Origin: Pseudomonadota bacterium
Lineage (GTDB): Bacteria; Myxococcota_A; UBA9042; GCA-2863065
Assembly (NCBI GenBank): GCA_005776585.1
Contig: SXOX01000036.1
Location: 1,176 to 65,175, forward strand
Direction of reading: 5' to 3'
DNA length: 64,000 nucleotides
Positions 47,723 to 57,486 of the stretch are shown in pieces (the first letter of the stretch is position 1; each line of letters begins with the position of its first letter). A program made the position numbers and the translations under genes. The notes under the pieces are model-generated. The model was not told the DNA's origin and did not search any database. It saw nothing but the letters and a program-made list of their open reading frames with translations.

Positions 47723-48540
47723 ATGAGCGCCTCGATCTCGATCACCCAGACGTTGCCTGTCCTGTTGGCCTCCGTCGATCGGCCCGGCGACTTCGTGGGG
47801 CACGGCACAGTCGAACTGCCCCTGGTGCCGACCTTCGTCAAGGGCGTCGGTCGGCTCGCGCTGCCCGTTCCGGCCCATCAAGCACAGGCGCTCATCAAGG
47901 TGGCCACCCGCGCCACCTATGGCCGAGGGGCAGAGGCCATCGTCGACCCGGCCGTACGCCGCTGCTGGCAGATCCCTGCGACCGAGGTCCAGACCGACGA
48001 TCCGCGCTGGCAGACCGTCCTACAGAGGATCGGGGAGGCCATGATCGATGCGCTGGGCCTCGACGACGACGTCGTCGCCGACTTGTACAAGCTGCTCGTC
48101 TATGAGCCGGGCGGCTTCTTCCTGGAGCACCGCGAGACCGAGAGAGTCCACGGCATGTTCGGCACGCTCGTCGTCGTGCTCCTCTCCGAGCACGAGGGTG
48201 GCGCGCTGGTCGTCCGTCATCTCGGACGGAGGGTGGCGCCAAGGCGAGCATCGCGACGATCGCGCAGTGGCTGCAGCTGCCCTCCGAGGTCAACCGGGCC
48301 GTGCAGCTCGCGCAGGTCGTGGTCGCTCACTGGCCGCGCCCCGGACCCAACGACCGGTGGTTTCGCGGAAACGAGCGGGGCCCCCTGCTCCGCGTGCTCG
48401 CGCGGCTGCCGGACGGGGCGCTGCTCGAGGAGCTCCTGCGGGCGGTCGTCGCTGCGGGCGCCTACGTGGCGGAGGATGAGGCGGTGCTCGTCGGTCTCGC
48501 TCGCCAAGCTGCGCACGGCGGGCGGGTGATCGGTCTGGCC
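47723..48540 (+). pseudogene. Degraded 2OG-Fe(II) oxygenase fusion gene
   Basis: DRPGDF, LYKLLVYEPGGFFLEHRETE and MFGTLVV..HEGGALVVRH, then homology stops at about 48225 before the distal His. A helical fragment continues in another frame. Confidence 0.65.
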
Positions 48541-48552
48541 GGTGCGGCGCCC

Positions 48553-50121
48553 TCACTCCCCCGCAGGCGGCGTCGCGCCGGCCTTGAGCCGCCTGATCAT
48601 GTCCTCAGCCCACGTCTTCGTCTTGGGACCCGGCTTCGTCGCGGGCAGCAGCTCCATCACCGCCAGGCTGCGGTCTCGCGGCGCGACCTGGAGGTAGCCA
48701 TCCAGCAGCTTCAGCACGAGATCGATGTTCGCGTGACGCGAGTGGATGAACGCGCGGAGCTTCTTGGCGGCGGCCTTCTTGTCGGCCATGGCGAAGATGT
48801 TCTCGAAGCCCCGCAGGTTGGTCGGCAGCTTGGACGGATCCCAGGCGTTCGGGTCGGCCGGCACCGGCGGAGTCGGCGGCTCGGGCGGCGTGGGCGCGAC
48901 CTCGGGCGGCGGCGTGTCCGACTTTGGAGGCTCGGTGGGGGCCTCACGACCCGCCGGGTCTTCGGACTCCGGCGGCCGCGGCAGCGCCTGGGGCTCGAAC
49001 GCCGCGATGAGGGCGCGTGCCTCGGCGAGACGCATCGCCAGCTCCTGGTCGGAGGCGACGTGCGCGCGGACGCGGTTCTTGTCGAGCGTCCCGCCGTGCT
49101 TGACCTCGCCGCCGACCCAGTCCCAGAACGCGGGGGTGGAGGGGGCCTGTGCCGGCTCCTCGCTCGCCTTGGGGCCGGAGCGGAGCTTCCAGACGACGAG
49201 CACGACCAGCATGAGCCCGATGACGCCGATGGGGACCCAGCGCGCCTTGCTTTGGCCGCCCTCGCCGAGTGCCGTGAGGTCGAGGCCCGTCGGTCGCTCA
49301 CGCAGCGGGAGCGGCACGGTGGGCGGGCGCTGGGCGGACGGGACGGCGTGGACCGGCGTCGGTGGCGGCAGCGCGCCGAGCGGGGATAGCTCCGCGGGCG
49401 TGCCGGGCCCCATGGGGAGCGTCGGGCCGTCGTCGAGGCCGAACGCCTCGCCGATCTGCACGATCTGGACGCTCACGAAGCGACTCGACGGCTCGCGGTC
49501 GACGGTCTCGACGATGCGGCGCGCGGCGACCGTGGGCACCAGCGTCGTCACGAGCCGCACGATCTCCTCGTGCGGCAGCGCCTCGAAGAGCGAGCCGTTG
49601 GCCACGAGCAGGCGGTCGCCGGAGCGCAGCGCGGTCTCGTCGGTGGGCACGTCGGCGGAGATGACCTCGGCCTGGCCGAGCAGCGGGCTGGCCGGGTTGG
49701 GGGGCCCGAGCAGCCAGCGCGCCTCCCCGTCGCGGAGCAGCACGAGCCGCACGTCGCCAACGCGCGCCGCGTAGACGCGCCCGCGGCGAATGAGCACGGC
49801 CGCCGTCGCGGCCCACGCCTGCTGGAAGACCGCGGCCGTCTGGCTGCGGGTGAACAGGACCTGGTTGCCGTGCTCGAGCGCCTCGCAGAGCCGCCGCGTG
49901 GCGTCGCCGACGGTGCTCTCGCGGAAGTTGGCCAGGACCGCCGAGACGGCGAGTCGGCTCTCGAGTCGCCCGCCGTCGGCGCCTCCGCGGCCTTCGCCGA
50001 GCACGAACAGCGAGCCCAGGAACAGATGCGCGTTGCCGGTGACGCACGGGTTCGTCTGCTCACCGCGAGGCGGCGAGGCAAAGTCGCCCACCGTAACCCG
50101 TACGTCTCGCACGTCCGCCAT
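48553..50121 (-). CDS. PP2C-like (probably inactive) domain - Pro linker - TM - extracytoplasmic domain protein
   Basis: LFVLGEGRGG..GG..ESRLAV, ARVGDVR and GDRLLVANGS follow PP2C topology. TM segment WVPIGVIGLMLVVLVVW. Confidence 0.75.
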   Translation of the reverse strand: MADVRDVRVTVGDFASPPRGEQTNPCVTGNAHLFLGSLFVLGEGRGGADGGRLESRLAVSAVLANFRESTVGDATRRLCEALEHGNQVLFTRSQTAAVFQQAWAATAAVLIRRGRVYAARVGDVRLVLLRDGEARWLLGPPNPASPLLGQAEVISADVPTDETALRSGDRLLVANGSLFEALPHEEIVRLVTTLVPTVAARRIVETVDREPSSRFVSVQIVQIGEAFGLDDGPTLPMGPGTPAELSPLGALPPPTPVHAVPSAQRPPTVPLPLRERPTGLDLTALGEGGQSKARWVPIGVIGLMLVVLVVWKLRSGPKASEEPAQAPSTPAFWDWVGGEVKHGGTLDKNRVRAHVASDQELAMRLAEARALIAAFEPQALPRPPESEDPAGREAPTEPPKSDTPPPEVAPTPPEPPTPPVPADPNAWDPSKLPTNLRGFENIFAMADKKAAAKKLRAFIHSRHANIDLVLKLLDGYLQVAPRDRSLAVMELLPATKPGPKTKTWAEDMIRRLKAGATPPAGE

Positions 50122-50164
50122 TCCGCGCGCCTGACTCGGCCCGCCGCGCTGCTCTCGACCGCCC

Positions 50165-50686
50165 TTAACCGTCGCGCTGCTCGCCGCCGCCTGCGCCGGA
50201 GATGACCAGCTGACGCGCGATGCCCTCGTCCTCGGAGTGCGTCGAGACGCCCTTGGCCCGCGACAGCGCCATGTGGACGTTGCGCCGGTCCGCGGGGTTC
50301 ATCCCGAGGAGCCGAATCTCGATCCCACGCCGCCGTGCCGTCTCCGCGAGGCGATCGGCCAGCTGCTCGAGCCGCGCGCGCCGCTGGTCGCCGTAGCCGG
50401 CCACGTCGATGTTGATGGGCTTGCGTGCCTCACCGCCGCGCGTGACGACCCGGGTGACGACCACCTGGTAGGACTGTAGCGTCTCGCCGTCCCGTCCCAC
50501 GAGCAGCCCGACGTCACCTTCCTCCTTGGGAAAGACCTCGAGCAGGATGTGGTCCTCGGCCTCGGTGAGCTCCACCTCGGCGGGGATGAACGACAGCTCC
50601 AACAGCCGCCGCAACGTCTCGAGCGCCTTACGACCGAGCTCGCTGACGTGCCCGGCTCCCTCGATCGGTGCCTCTGGCTCGATCAT
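50165..50686 (-). CDS. jag: Jag/KhpB/EloR RNA-binding protein (KH + R3H)
   Basis: GLLVGRDGETLQSYQ, DVAGY, MNPADRRNVH and SEDEG..R; lies downstream of yidC. Confidence 0.88.
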   Translation of the reverse strand: MIEPEAPIEGAGHVSELGRKALETLRRLLELSFIPAEVELTEAEDHILLEVFPKEEGDVGLLVGRDGETLQSYQVVVTRVVTRGGEARKPINIDVAGYGDQRRARLEQLADRLAETARRRGIEIRLLGMNPADRRNVHMALSRAKGVSTHSEDEGIARQLVISGAGGGEQRDG

Positions 50687-52817
50687 TGTCCTTGCTCCTG
50701 TTCGCATCGACGGTCGCGGTATAGCGCCGTCGCGTGTACCACTGTTGGCCCATCGACAAGATGGTGCCCACGAAGATGTAGAAAACCAGCCCCGACGGCA
50801 AGAAGAGCATGAAGCCGGAGAACATGATGGGCATGACCCACTTCATGATCTTGGCCTGCGTCGGATCCATGCCCGTCATGGGCGTCATGAGCTGTTGACC
50901 GACCATCACCACGCCGAGGATGACCGGCAGGATGAAGTACGGATCCGGCTGGGTCATGTCCTTGACCCAGAGGAAGAGCGGCTCCTGATAGAGGTCGACC
51001 GCGGTGTAGAGCGTCCGGTACATGGCAAAGAAGACCGGCATCTGCACGAGCAGCGGGAAGCAGCCGCTCAGCGGGTTGACCCCGTGCCGCTTGTAGAGGC
51101 TCATCGTCTCTTGCTGGAGCTTGGCGCTGTCGTCTTTGAAGCGCTCGCGCAGCGAGTCCATCTCGGGCTTGAGCGCGCTCATCTTCTGCATCTGCTGGTA
51201 CTGCCGGTGCGTGAGCGGGTAGAGGCAGAGCCGCACGATGATGGTGAACAGCAGGATGGCCACGACCCAGCTCGGGATGACCGAGTGGATGAACTTCAAG
51301 AACGCGAGCAGGGGACGGGCGAGGAAGGCGACCCAGCCGAAGTCGAGGCTCTTGTCGAGCGAGCCGCCGGCGGTGGCCAGGACGTCCAGATCCTTGGGCC
51401 CGGCGTAGGTGGACAGCTCGAAGCGCGCTGCGCGGGCCTCGCCGTAGGCTCGGAGCGTCTTGCGGAGCGCGATGGCCTCCTCTCGGGAGCCGGAGCTGGC
51501 GAAGCGGTCCATGGCGAGGTCGAGGCTGTGCTCGTCGAGGTGGGTGGCGTCGACGCCGAGCTTCTGCATCGCAGCGACGCACGTGAGCCGCCCCGCACGC
51601 GCATCGGCCGGGAACCACTCCGGAAGGCACTGGGGACCGGGCAGCGTGTCGTGCGTCGTGACGGCCTCGTAGCGCGCGACGATGGCGCCGTTCTTCTCGC
51701 CATGCAGGCTGCAGCTGCCGGCGCGGCCACCTTCACCCGGGAAGAACCCGGCCATGACGAAGTACTGTGTCTCGACGCCGAAGAAGCTGACCTGGCCGTT
51801 GGGGATGAGCCCCTTCTCGCGGTCCTCGACGAGGTCGTGGAGCGTGTGGCTGTGGCGCTCGTCGGCGACGGTGCAGATGGGCTGCCACATCTCCGTCGGG
51901 GCGCTGAACATGCCCGGCGCCTCGGCCTCGGGATCCTGCCAACCGGTGACGAGGACCGCGTAGTGCACCTTGAGCGGCGCGGACGCGGTGTTGGTGATAG
52001 CCACCGTCTGACCGAGCTGATAGGGCCCGGTCACGCGCCAGGAGCGCTCGATCCACAGATCGCTCGTGTCGCGATGCGGGTTGGGCCAGACCCACGTGAT
52101 GACGTTGGGATCCTCGCCGGTGGCGCGGGTGAAGCGATCGGACATGGCCAGCTGGCGGAGCGGCGAGGTGGTGCGGGTGACCGTGAGCCCGGGCGGAAGC
52201 GCAGCGGCCGGGGCAGCCTCGAGCTCGACGACGTCGCCGTCGGCGGCGAGGATCGCGAGGCCCTTGTCGAGCCCCGTGCCCTGGAGCCGGTCACCGGGCG
52301 CGAGCGGAAGATCGTCCGCGGTGGGAGCGCCGAGCTTGAAGGCCTTGGGCCGGCCCTCGATCGGAGTGGCGGTCGTGGCGCCGCGCACGAGCCGCGTGAT
52401 GGTGCCGCCGCCCTCTTGTCCGTCCCAGCCGAGCACGCTGAAGTCGAGTCGAAATGGGTAGAAGTCCGGATCCCACGTGGTCACGACGTCGTAGGGGCCG
52501 GCCTCGAGCCGCTCGGCAGGCACCCAGCGCGAGCCGGTGCGCTTCGGGCGCTGGTACTGCTCGGTGTGGAGCGTGACGCTCTTGAGCGCGCCCTGGGCGT
52601 CGCTCGTCATGGCCAGAAAGCGCGCGCTCTGGTCGCCTGCCGGGATGGACACGGCCTGCTCGACGGCGCGGGGCACCGCGGGGACGTCGATCTTGGCGGT
52701 GGACGCGACGGTCGTACCGCCACCGTCCGAGGCCTTCTTCTTGCGCGTGAGCGCCATGACCAAGAACACGATGCCACCCAAGATGGCGATGATGATGAGA
52801 AGCCGGCGGGGGTTCAC
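50628..52817 (-). CDS. yidC: Membrane protein insertase YidC (729 aa)
   Basis: YAGPK, LDFGW, FTIIVRLCLYPL, LYKRHGVNPLSGCFPLLVQMP, DPYFILP and PSGLVFY. GTG start at 52817. Confidence 0.95.
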   Translation of the reverse strand: MNPRRLLIIIAILGGIVFLVMALTRKKKASDGGGTTVASTAKIDVPAVPRAVEQAVSIPAGDQSARFLAMTSDAQGALKSVTLHTEQYQRPKRTGSRWVPAERLEAGPYDVVTTWDPDFYPFRLDFSVLGWDGQEGGGTITRLVRGATTATPIEGRPKAFKLGAPTADDLPLAPGDRLQGTGLDKGLAILAADGDVVELEAAPAAALPPGLTVTRTTSPLRQLAMSDRFTRATGEDPNVITWVWPNPHRDTSDLWIERSWRVTGPYQLGQTVAITNTASAPLKVHYAVLVTGWQDPEAEAPGMFSAPTEMWQPICTVADERHSHTLHDLVEDREKGLIPNGQVSFFGVETQYFVMAGFFPGEGGRAGSCSLHGEKNGAIVARYEAVTTHDTLPGPQCLPEWFPADARAGRLTCVAAMQKLGVDATHLDEHSLDLAMDRFASSGSREEAIALRKTLRAYGEARAARFELSTYAGPKDLDVLATAGGSLDKSLDFGWVAFLARPLLAFLKFIHSVIPSWVVAILLFTIIVRLCLYPLTHRQYQQMQKMSALKPEMDSLRERFKDDSAKLQQETMSLYKRHGVNPLSGCFPLLVQMPVFFAMYRTLYTAVDLYQEPLFLWVKDMTQPDPYFILPVILGVVMVGQQLMTPMTGMDPTQAKIMKWVMPIMFSGFMLFLPSGLVFYIFVGTILSMGQQWYTRRRYTATVDANRSKDNDRARGTDRGSRARQRARS

Positions 52818-52837
52818 GGGTGACCTCGGTGTGGAGC

Positions 52838-53107
52838 TCAGGGCACGGGGTCGATGCCGCCCGGATGCCACGGGTGGCAGCGGCCGACGCGGCGGAGCGC
52901 AAGCCACGCTCCGCGAAGCAGTCCGTGGCGCACGAGGCTCTCGGCCGCGTAGTGCGAGCACGTGGGGTAGAAGCGGCACGAGGGTGGCAGCAGCGGCGAC
53001 AGCGCGCGCCGGTAGACGCCCACGAGCAGCAGGAATGGGAGCGCGAGCAGCGGAACGGACCTAGCGGTCGCGCTGCCGGGTGCGGAGGAGAGCCCCGCGA
53101 AGCGCAT
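52838..53107 (-). CDS. yidD: Membrane protein insertion efficiency factor YidD
   Basis: [17 protein letters not shown]...[14 protein letters not shown]. Start uncertain. Confidence 0.93.
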   Translation of the reverse strand: MRFAGLSSAPGSATARSVPLLALPFLLLVGVYRRALSPLLPPSCRFYPTCSHYAAESLVRHGLLRGAWLALRRVGRCHPWHPGGIDPVP

Positions 53108-53438
53108 GACCCACGACGTCGAAGTCGGGCTCGGGCACGCCGGGCCGACCGATGACGACGATGTCGAGGCCCGGCGCGAGCTCGGGGCGGAGGCGTCGAA
53201 AGGCCTCGCGCACGAGCCGCTTCCACCGACTGCGAATGGGGGCATGCCCCACCTTCTTGCTGACGGTGATGCCGAGGCGGGCGGAGTGCGCACCGCCAGT
53301 ACGATGTACGAAGACAATGAAGTGCGTGAGGACGAGCCGCTGGCCGCGGGCCTGGACGCGCTGAAACTCGGCGCGTCGCCGGAGCCGTGCCGAGGGCGGG
53401 AAGCCGAGCGCCGGTCCGTCTGCGGTGTCATTGACCAT
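53061..53438 (-). CDS. rnpA: Ribonuclease P protein component
   Basis: [11 protein letters not shown] and [28 protein letters not shown]. Confidence 0.93.
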   Translation of the reverse strand: MVNDTADGPALGFPPSARLRRRAEFQRVQARGQRLVLTHFIVFVHRTGGAHSARLGITVSKKVGHAPIRSRWKRLVREAFRRLRPELAPGLDIVVIGRPGVPEPDFDVVGHALRGALLRTRQRDR

Positions 53439-53484
53439 CGCGCTCCTCGAGCGCGTCGTCCCAGAGACCCGTCCAAGGGACAGG

Positions 53485-53634
53485 CTACTTCTCGTACGTC
53501 GCGACCGCGATGCGGTGACGGCCCTTGGCACGACGGTTGGCGAGCACGGCGCGACCACCCTTGGTCGCCATACGAGCGCGGAAGCCGTGGGTACGACGGC
53601 GGCGCAGATTGTGGGGCTGGAACGTTCGCTTCAT
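53485..53634 (-). CDS. rpmH: 50S ribosomal protein L34
   Basis: Absent from the ORF track. Translates as [49 protein letters not shown]. Confidence 0.97.
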   Translation of the reverse strand: MKRTFQPHNLRRRRTHGFRARMATKGGRAVLANRRAKGRHRIAVATYEK

Positions 53635-53682
53635 GGGGCACCTATCGGGTTATGGCCACTTCGGCAGGCCGAGGGGCGCGGG

Positions 53683-53711
53683 TGTATAACTCGCGCAGTT
53701 TCGGCTGTCAA
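53683..53711 (-). promoter_or_regulatory. sigma70 promoter of the rpmH operon
   Basis: Minus strand TTGACA-17 nt-TATACA. Confidence 0.7.
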
Positions 53712-53759
53712 TGGCAATGAAACGGCCTTGAACAGACTCACCACAGGCGCCGATCCGGG

Positions 53760-55607
53760 TCACGGCCGGACGCCGAAGAACGCGCGGATGCGGTGGATCA
53801 GCGTGCCCGCCTCGGGGGACGCGGCCGGGTCACGCACGCCCGAGGGCTGTCGCTTCTGAGCCAGCTCCGCCTGACGGCGCTCGAGGCTCTCCGCGATGCG
53901 ATCGCACAGAACGGGGTTGCCGGCGATGAGGCGACCGAAGGGCCCGTGCTCGACCACGAAGACGTGCGTGTCCTCGAGCGCCCGGACCGTGGCCGTACGC
54001 GCATCGCCCGTCATGAGCGACATCTCGCCGAAGAAGTCCCCCGTAGACAGCGTAGCAACCGGCGTGGGCTCGCTGGCGCCGCTCTGGAGCAGCACCTCGA
54101 CGACGCCCGAGGTGATGAGGAACATGCTCTCACCGGCATCGCCCTGCGCGATGATGACCTCGCCCTTGCCGTAAGACGCCTCGCCCAACGCGCTGGCGAG
54201 CTCCTCGCGTTCGGTGTCGCGTAGCGGCGCCAAGAACGGGATGCGGGCGAGCGCGGCGACCCGCCCGGCCATCGCGGTGTGGTCGCGCGCCGCGTCGGCC
54301 GCGGGCGCGGCGGGCATCATCATGACCTCGTGGATGGGGTACGGGATGTTGACCCCGTGGCGCTTGAGCCGATACCAGATGCTCGTGCGGACGCGATCCT
54401 CGGCGCGATCGTGGTCCTGCACGTGGCGGATGAAGAAGTAGACCACATACCGGATCCCGGAGTTGTCGAAGGCCCGAAGCAGCGCGTACGGCGGCGGCTC
54501 CAGCATGACGTTGGCGTTGCGCGCGGCCGCCTCGAGGTACTCGCGCGCGGTGTTGGGCGGGAGCGCGTAGGGCAGCGTGACCTCGACCTCGCGGCGGTGC
54601 GAGGGGTCGGGCCGAGTGAGGTTGATGAGCCGATTGGCCGTGAGCAGCCGGTTGGGGATGATGACGACGTCGTGGCGGGTCGTCTGCATGACGGTACTTC
54701 GCCAGTTGATCTCGAGCACGCGGCCCATCTGGCCGTCGTAGAGGATCCAATCTCCCTCCTGGTAGGGCCGCTCGAGCTGAATGGCGAGGCCGCTCGCGAT
54801 GCTCCCGAGCGTGTCCTGAAACGCGAGACCGATGACCGCGGTCACGAGCACCGAGCCCGTCATGATGCTCGTGACGTCGACCCCGTGGCGCGACAGGACA
54901 AAGACGCTGGCGACCACGTAGAGCACCAGCACGATGACGTCGCGGACAATGACGGGCACGCGCAACCGACGGACGCGCACGAGGAAGCCGTCGGCGACGA
55001 TGACCGTGAACGTCTGGATGATCGCGAGGTCGAGCACGAGGAGGCCGCACAGCAGGAAGATGCGCTGCGACTTGGGCCAGAGCATGCCGGTGAGCATGGT
55101 GAGGGCGACGAGGACGCCGTAGAGCTCGAAGCATCGGAGCGCGAAGTGGCTCCGGTCCATCATGTCGGCGTCGTTCTGGAAGATGCGCCGCCACCCGAGC
55201 AGCACGAGGAACACGAGCCAGGCGACGATGAGCTGCCCGCTCAGCGGCCTTATGACATCGGAGACGAGCTCGGCGCTCGACCGCGCGACGGCGTATTCGG
55301 GCACGGCGTGAGGAAACAGGACGACGAAGAAGTCGCGCTGGTCCGGGTTGCGACGGCGTCGGCTGGTCTCGTCCTGGAGCACGATGCGCCGCGCGATGGG
55401 CTGGAGCGCGTGCGCCCCGACGTGGGCCTCCTCGTGCGCGCTGCGGCGGGTCAGCGCGTCAGGACTGCGTCGCTCGGCGCCAACCTCGGCGCGCTTGCCA
55501 CGCCCGCGGCGGGGTAGCTCCGCCCCGTCACGGTCTGCGGCGAACGCGCTCGAGGCGCCGGTAAGCAGGACCAGCAGCACCAGGACGATGGGGCGCAATC
55601 GAGACAC
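53760..55607 (-). CDS. MscS-family channel with a C-terminal cyclic-nucleotide-binding domain
   Basis: IGLAFQDTLG, PYQEGDWI, G.V.EINWRST and IPN. cNMP domain: QGDAGESMFLI, GDFFGEMSL, RTATV. Confidence 0.92.
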   Translation of the reverse strand: MSRLRPIVLVLLVLLTGASSAFAADRDGAELPRRGRGKRAEVGAERRSPDALTRRSAHEEAHVGAHALQPIARRIVLQDETSRRRRNPDQRDFFVVLFPHAVPEYAVARSSAELVSDVIRPLSGQLIVAWLVFLVLLGWRRIFQNDADMMDRSHFALRCFELYGVLVALTMLTGMLWPKSQRIFLLCGLLVLDLAIIQTFTVIVADGFLVRVRRLRVPVIVRDVIVLVLYVVASVFVLSRHGVDVTSIMTGSVLVTAVIGLAFQDTLGSIASGLAIQLERPYQEGDWILYDGQMGRVLEINWRSTVMQTTRHDVVIIPNRLLTANRLINLTRPDPSHRREVEVTLPYALPPNTAREYLEAAARNANVMLEPPPYALLRAFDNSGIRYVVYFFIRHVQDHDRAEDRVRTSIWYRLKRHGVNIPYPIHEVMMMPAAPAADAARDHTAMAGRVAALARIPFLAPLRDTEREELASALGEASYGKGEVIIAQGDAGESMFLITSGVVEVLLQSGASEPTPVATLSTGDFFGEMSLMTGDARTATVRALEDTHVFVVEHGPFGRLIAGNPVLCDRIAESLERRQAELAQKRQPSGVRDPAASPEAGTLIHRIRAFFGVRP

Positions 55608-55659
55608 TGGACCGCTTATCAGTTGACACGAGGGGAGGCGTCAAGTACCAACCCGCGCC

Positions 55660-56421
55660 ATGCCGAGGCGGACCCCATCAGTGCCCCCTGCCCCCGCGGC
55701 GTCGCGTGATCTCACGCCGGCGGCCAGCATCGTCATCCCGGTCTACAACGAGGAGGGCCTGCTCCGGACGGCCATCATCGACCTGGTGACCGAGCTCGAG
55801 GAACTGGGCGCGTTCAGCTACGAGATCATCATCACGGAGAACGGCTCCTCGGACGGGACCAAGGAGCTGGCCTTCGAGCTCGAGCGCAAATACCCGCAGG
55901 TGCGCGTGCTGACGGACTCGGAGCCCAACTACGGCAAGGCACTGCGAAAAGGCATTCTCGCGGCGCGGGGCACGTTCGTGCTCTGCGACGAGATCGACAT
56001 CTGCGACGTGGGCTTCCACCAGCGCGCCATGGACGTGCTCACGCAGGGCCAGGCCGACATGGTCGTAGGCTCCAAGGCGCACGCCGAGGCGCACGACAAG
56101 CGGCCGATGTTCCGCCGGATGGGCACGCAGACCATCAACTTCCTGCTGCGGGTGTTCCTGGACTTCCACGGCACGGACACGCACGGGCTCAAGGCGTTCC
56201 ACCGCGAGCGGCTGCTATCGGTGGTCAACCGCTGCATCGTGGACCGCGACCTGTTCGCCTCCGAGTTCGTCATTCGCGCCGAGCGTGCGGACTTCCGCAT
56301 CCTGGAGGTCCCCATCGAGATCGCCGAGAAGCGCCCGCCAACCATCAACCTCATGCGGCGCGTGCCCAACGTCTTGAAGAACCTAGTGCGCCTGTTCGTC
56401 GCGATCCGCGTCAAGGGCTAG
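55660..56421 (+). CDS. Glycosyltransferase family 2 (DPM-synthase-like)
   Basis: SIVIPVYNEE, NGSSDGT, YGKALRKG and DTHGLKAF. Confidence 0.9.
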   Translation: MPRRTPSVPPAPAASRDLTPAASIVIPVYNEEGLLRTAIIDLVTELEELGAFSYEIIITENGSSDGTKELAFELERKYPQVRVLTDSEPNYGKALRKGILAARGTFVLCDEIDICDVGFHQRAMDVLTQGQADMVVGSKAHAEAHDKRPMFRRMGTQTINFLLRVFLDFHGTDTHGLKAFHRERLLSVVNRCIVDRDLFASEFVIRAERADFRILEVPIEIAEKRPPTINLMRRVPNVLKNLVRLFVAIRVKG

Positions 56422-56423
56422 CC

Positions 56424-57338
56424 GTGGCACGCACGCTGGCGGTCAACGTCGACGTCGACGGCCTGCCGCTCTACTACCGGATCCACGGGCTGTCGTGTGA
56501 CCCGATGTTGTCAGAACACGGGGCGTTGGCCGCCGTGGCCTGGGAGCGCGGCGTGCGGCGGTTCCTGGAGCTGTTTGGCACCCTTGGGCTCCGCGCCACG
56601 TTCTTTGTCGTGGGCCGGGATCTGGCGCACCCCGCCGTGCGCTCGGTGGCGACAGACGCTGTACGCCTTGGGCACGAGCTCGCGAGTCACTCCCACACGC
56701 ATCCGTACAACCTCATACACCTGAAGCCGTCGCGCATCCGCGAGGAGATCGCCCTCGCCGAACACGCCATCGAGGCCGTGCGTGGGGCTCCAGTGCGCGG
56801 CTTTCGCGGGCCAGGCTACAACATCAACGCCGAGGTGCTCGAGACGCTCGGCGAGCGCGGCTATCTGTACGACTCGAGCATCTTGCCCTCGCCGGCCTAC
56901 TATGCGGCCCGCGCGCTGGCGATTACCGCGATCGGGCTCCGGGGACGGACCAGCCAGTCCATCGTCGGCGACCCGCTCGCGGCGCTGGGACGGCGCGGCC
57001 CGTACCGGCTCCAGCGCGGCCGGCTGCTGGAGCTCCCGATCACGGTGCTGCCGTTGCTGCGCGTGCCGGTCATCGGGACGAGCCTCGCGCTCACGCCCAC
57101 GCCGGTCCTGGCGCACGTGCTGGCGCCCGCGTTGCGTCGGATGAACTTTGTCAATCTGGAGTTCCACGCCATGGACCTGCTCGACGCGACCGATCCCGGC
57201 TGCGAGGCGCTGGCGCGATATCAGCCGGACGTGACGGTGCCCGTAGGCGACAAACGCACCAGGTACGCCACGGTGCTGCGCCACCTCTCGGAGGGCGCGG
57301 ACAACCAGACGCTCGAGGCGATCGCCCAGTCCTTCTAG
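56424..57338 (+). CDS. Polysaccharide deacetylase family protein
   Basis: VDVD, ATFFVVG, GHELASHSHTH, GFRGPGY and YDSS. Confidence 0.9.
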   Translation: MARTLAVNVDVDGLPLYYRIHGLSCDPMLSEHGALAAVAWERGVRRFLELFGTLGLRATFFVVGRDLAHPAVRSVATDAVRLGHELASHSHTHPYNLIHLKPSRIREEIALAEHAIEAVRGAPVRGFRGPGYNINAEVLETLGERGYLYDSSILPSPAYYAARALAITAIGLRGRTSQSIVGDPLAALGRRGPYRLQRGRLLELPITVLPLLRVPVIGTSLALTPTPVLAHVLAPALRRMNFVNLEFHAMDLLDATDPGCEALARYQPDVTVPVGDKRTRYATVLRHLSEGADNQTLEAIAQSF

Positions 57339-57349
57339 TCTAGCTCGAG

Positions 57350-57423
57350 TGCGCGTGACAGGATTCGAACCTGTGGCCTACGGCTTCGGAGGCCGCCGCT
57401 CTATCCATCTGAGCTACACGCGC
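57350..57423 (-). tRNA. tRNA-Arg(CCG)
   Basis: Minus strand GCGCGTGTAGCTCAGATGGATAGAGCGGCGGCCT-CCG-AAGCCGTAGGCCACAGGTTCGAATCCTGTCACGCGCA folds as a cloverleaf. CCA is not encoded. Confidence 0.96.
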
Positions 57424-57457
57424 ATGGGTCCGGGCACGCCCGGCCAAAGCGGCGCCA

Positions 57458-57486
57458 ACCGTACGCACGGCCGCCGAGCCTGTCAA
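57458..57486 (-). promoter_or_regulatory. Putative sigma70 promoter of the tRNA
   Basis: Minus strand TTGACA-17 nt-TACGGT, ending about 35 nt upstream of the tRNA. Confidence 0.55.

Noticed and set aside
55623-55644. TTGAC-N12-GTCAA inverted repeat between mscS and GT2 as an operator
   Set aside because: It is adequately explained by back-to-back -35 elements of divergent promoters, and the arms are only 5 bp.
57350-57423. tRNA as an island integration site
   Set aside because: No integrase nearby, and I noticed no duplicated tRNA 3' end in the window.
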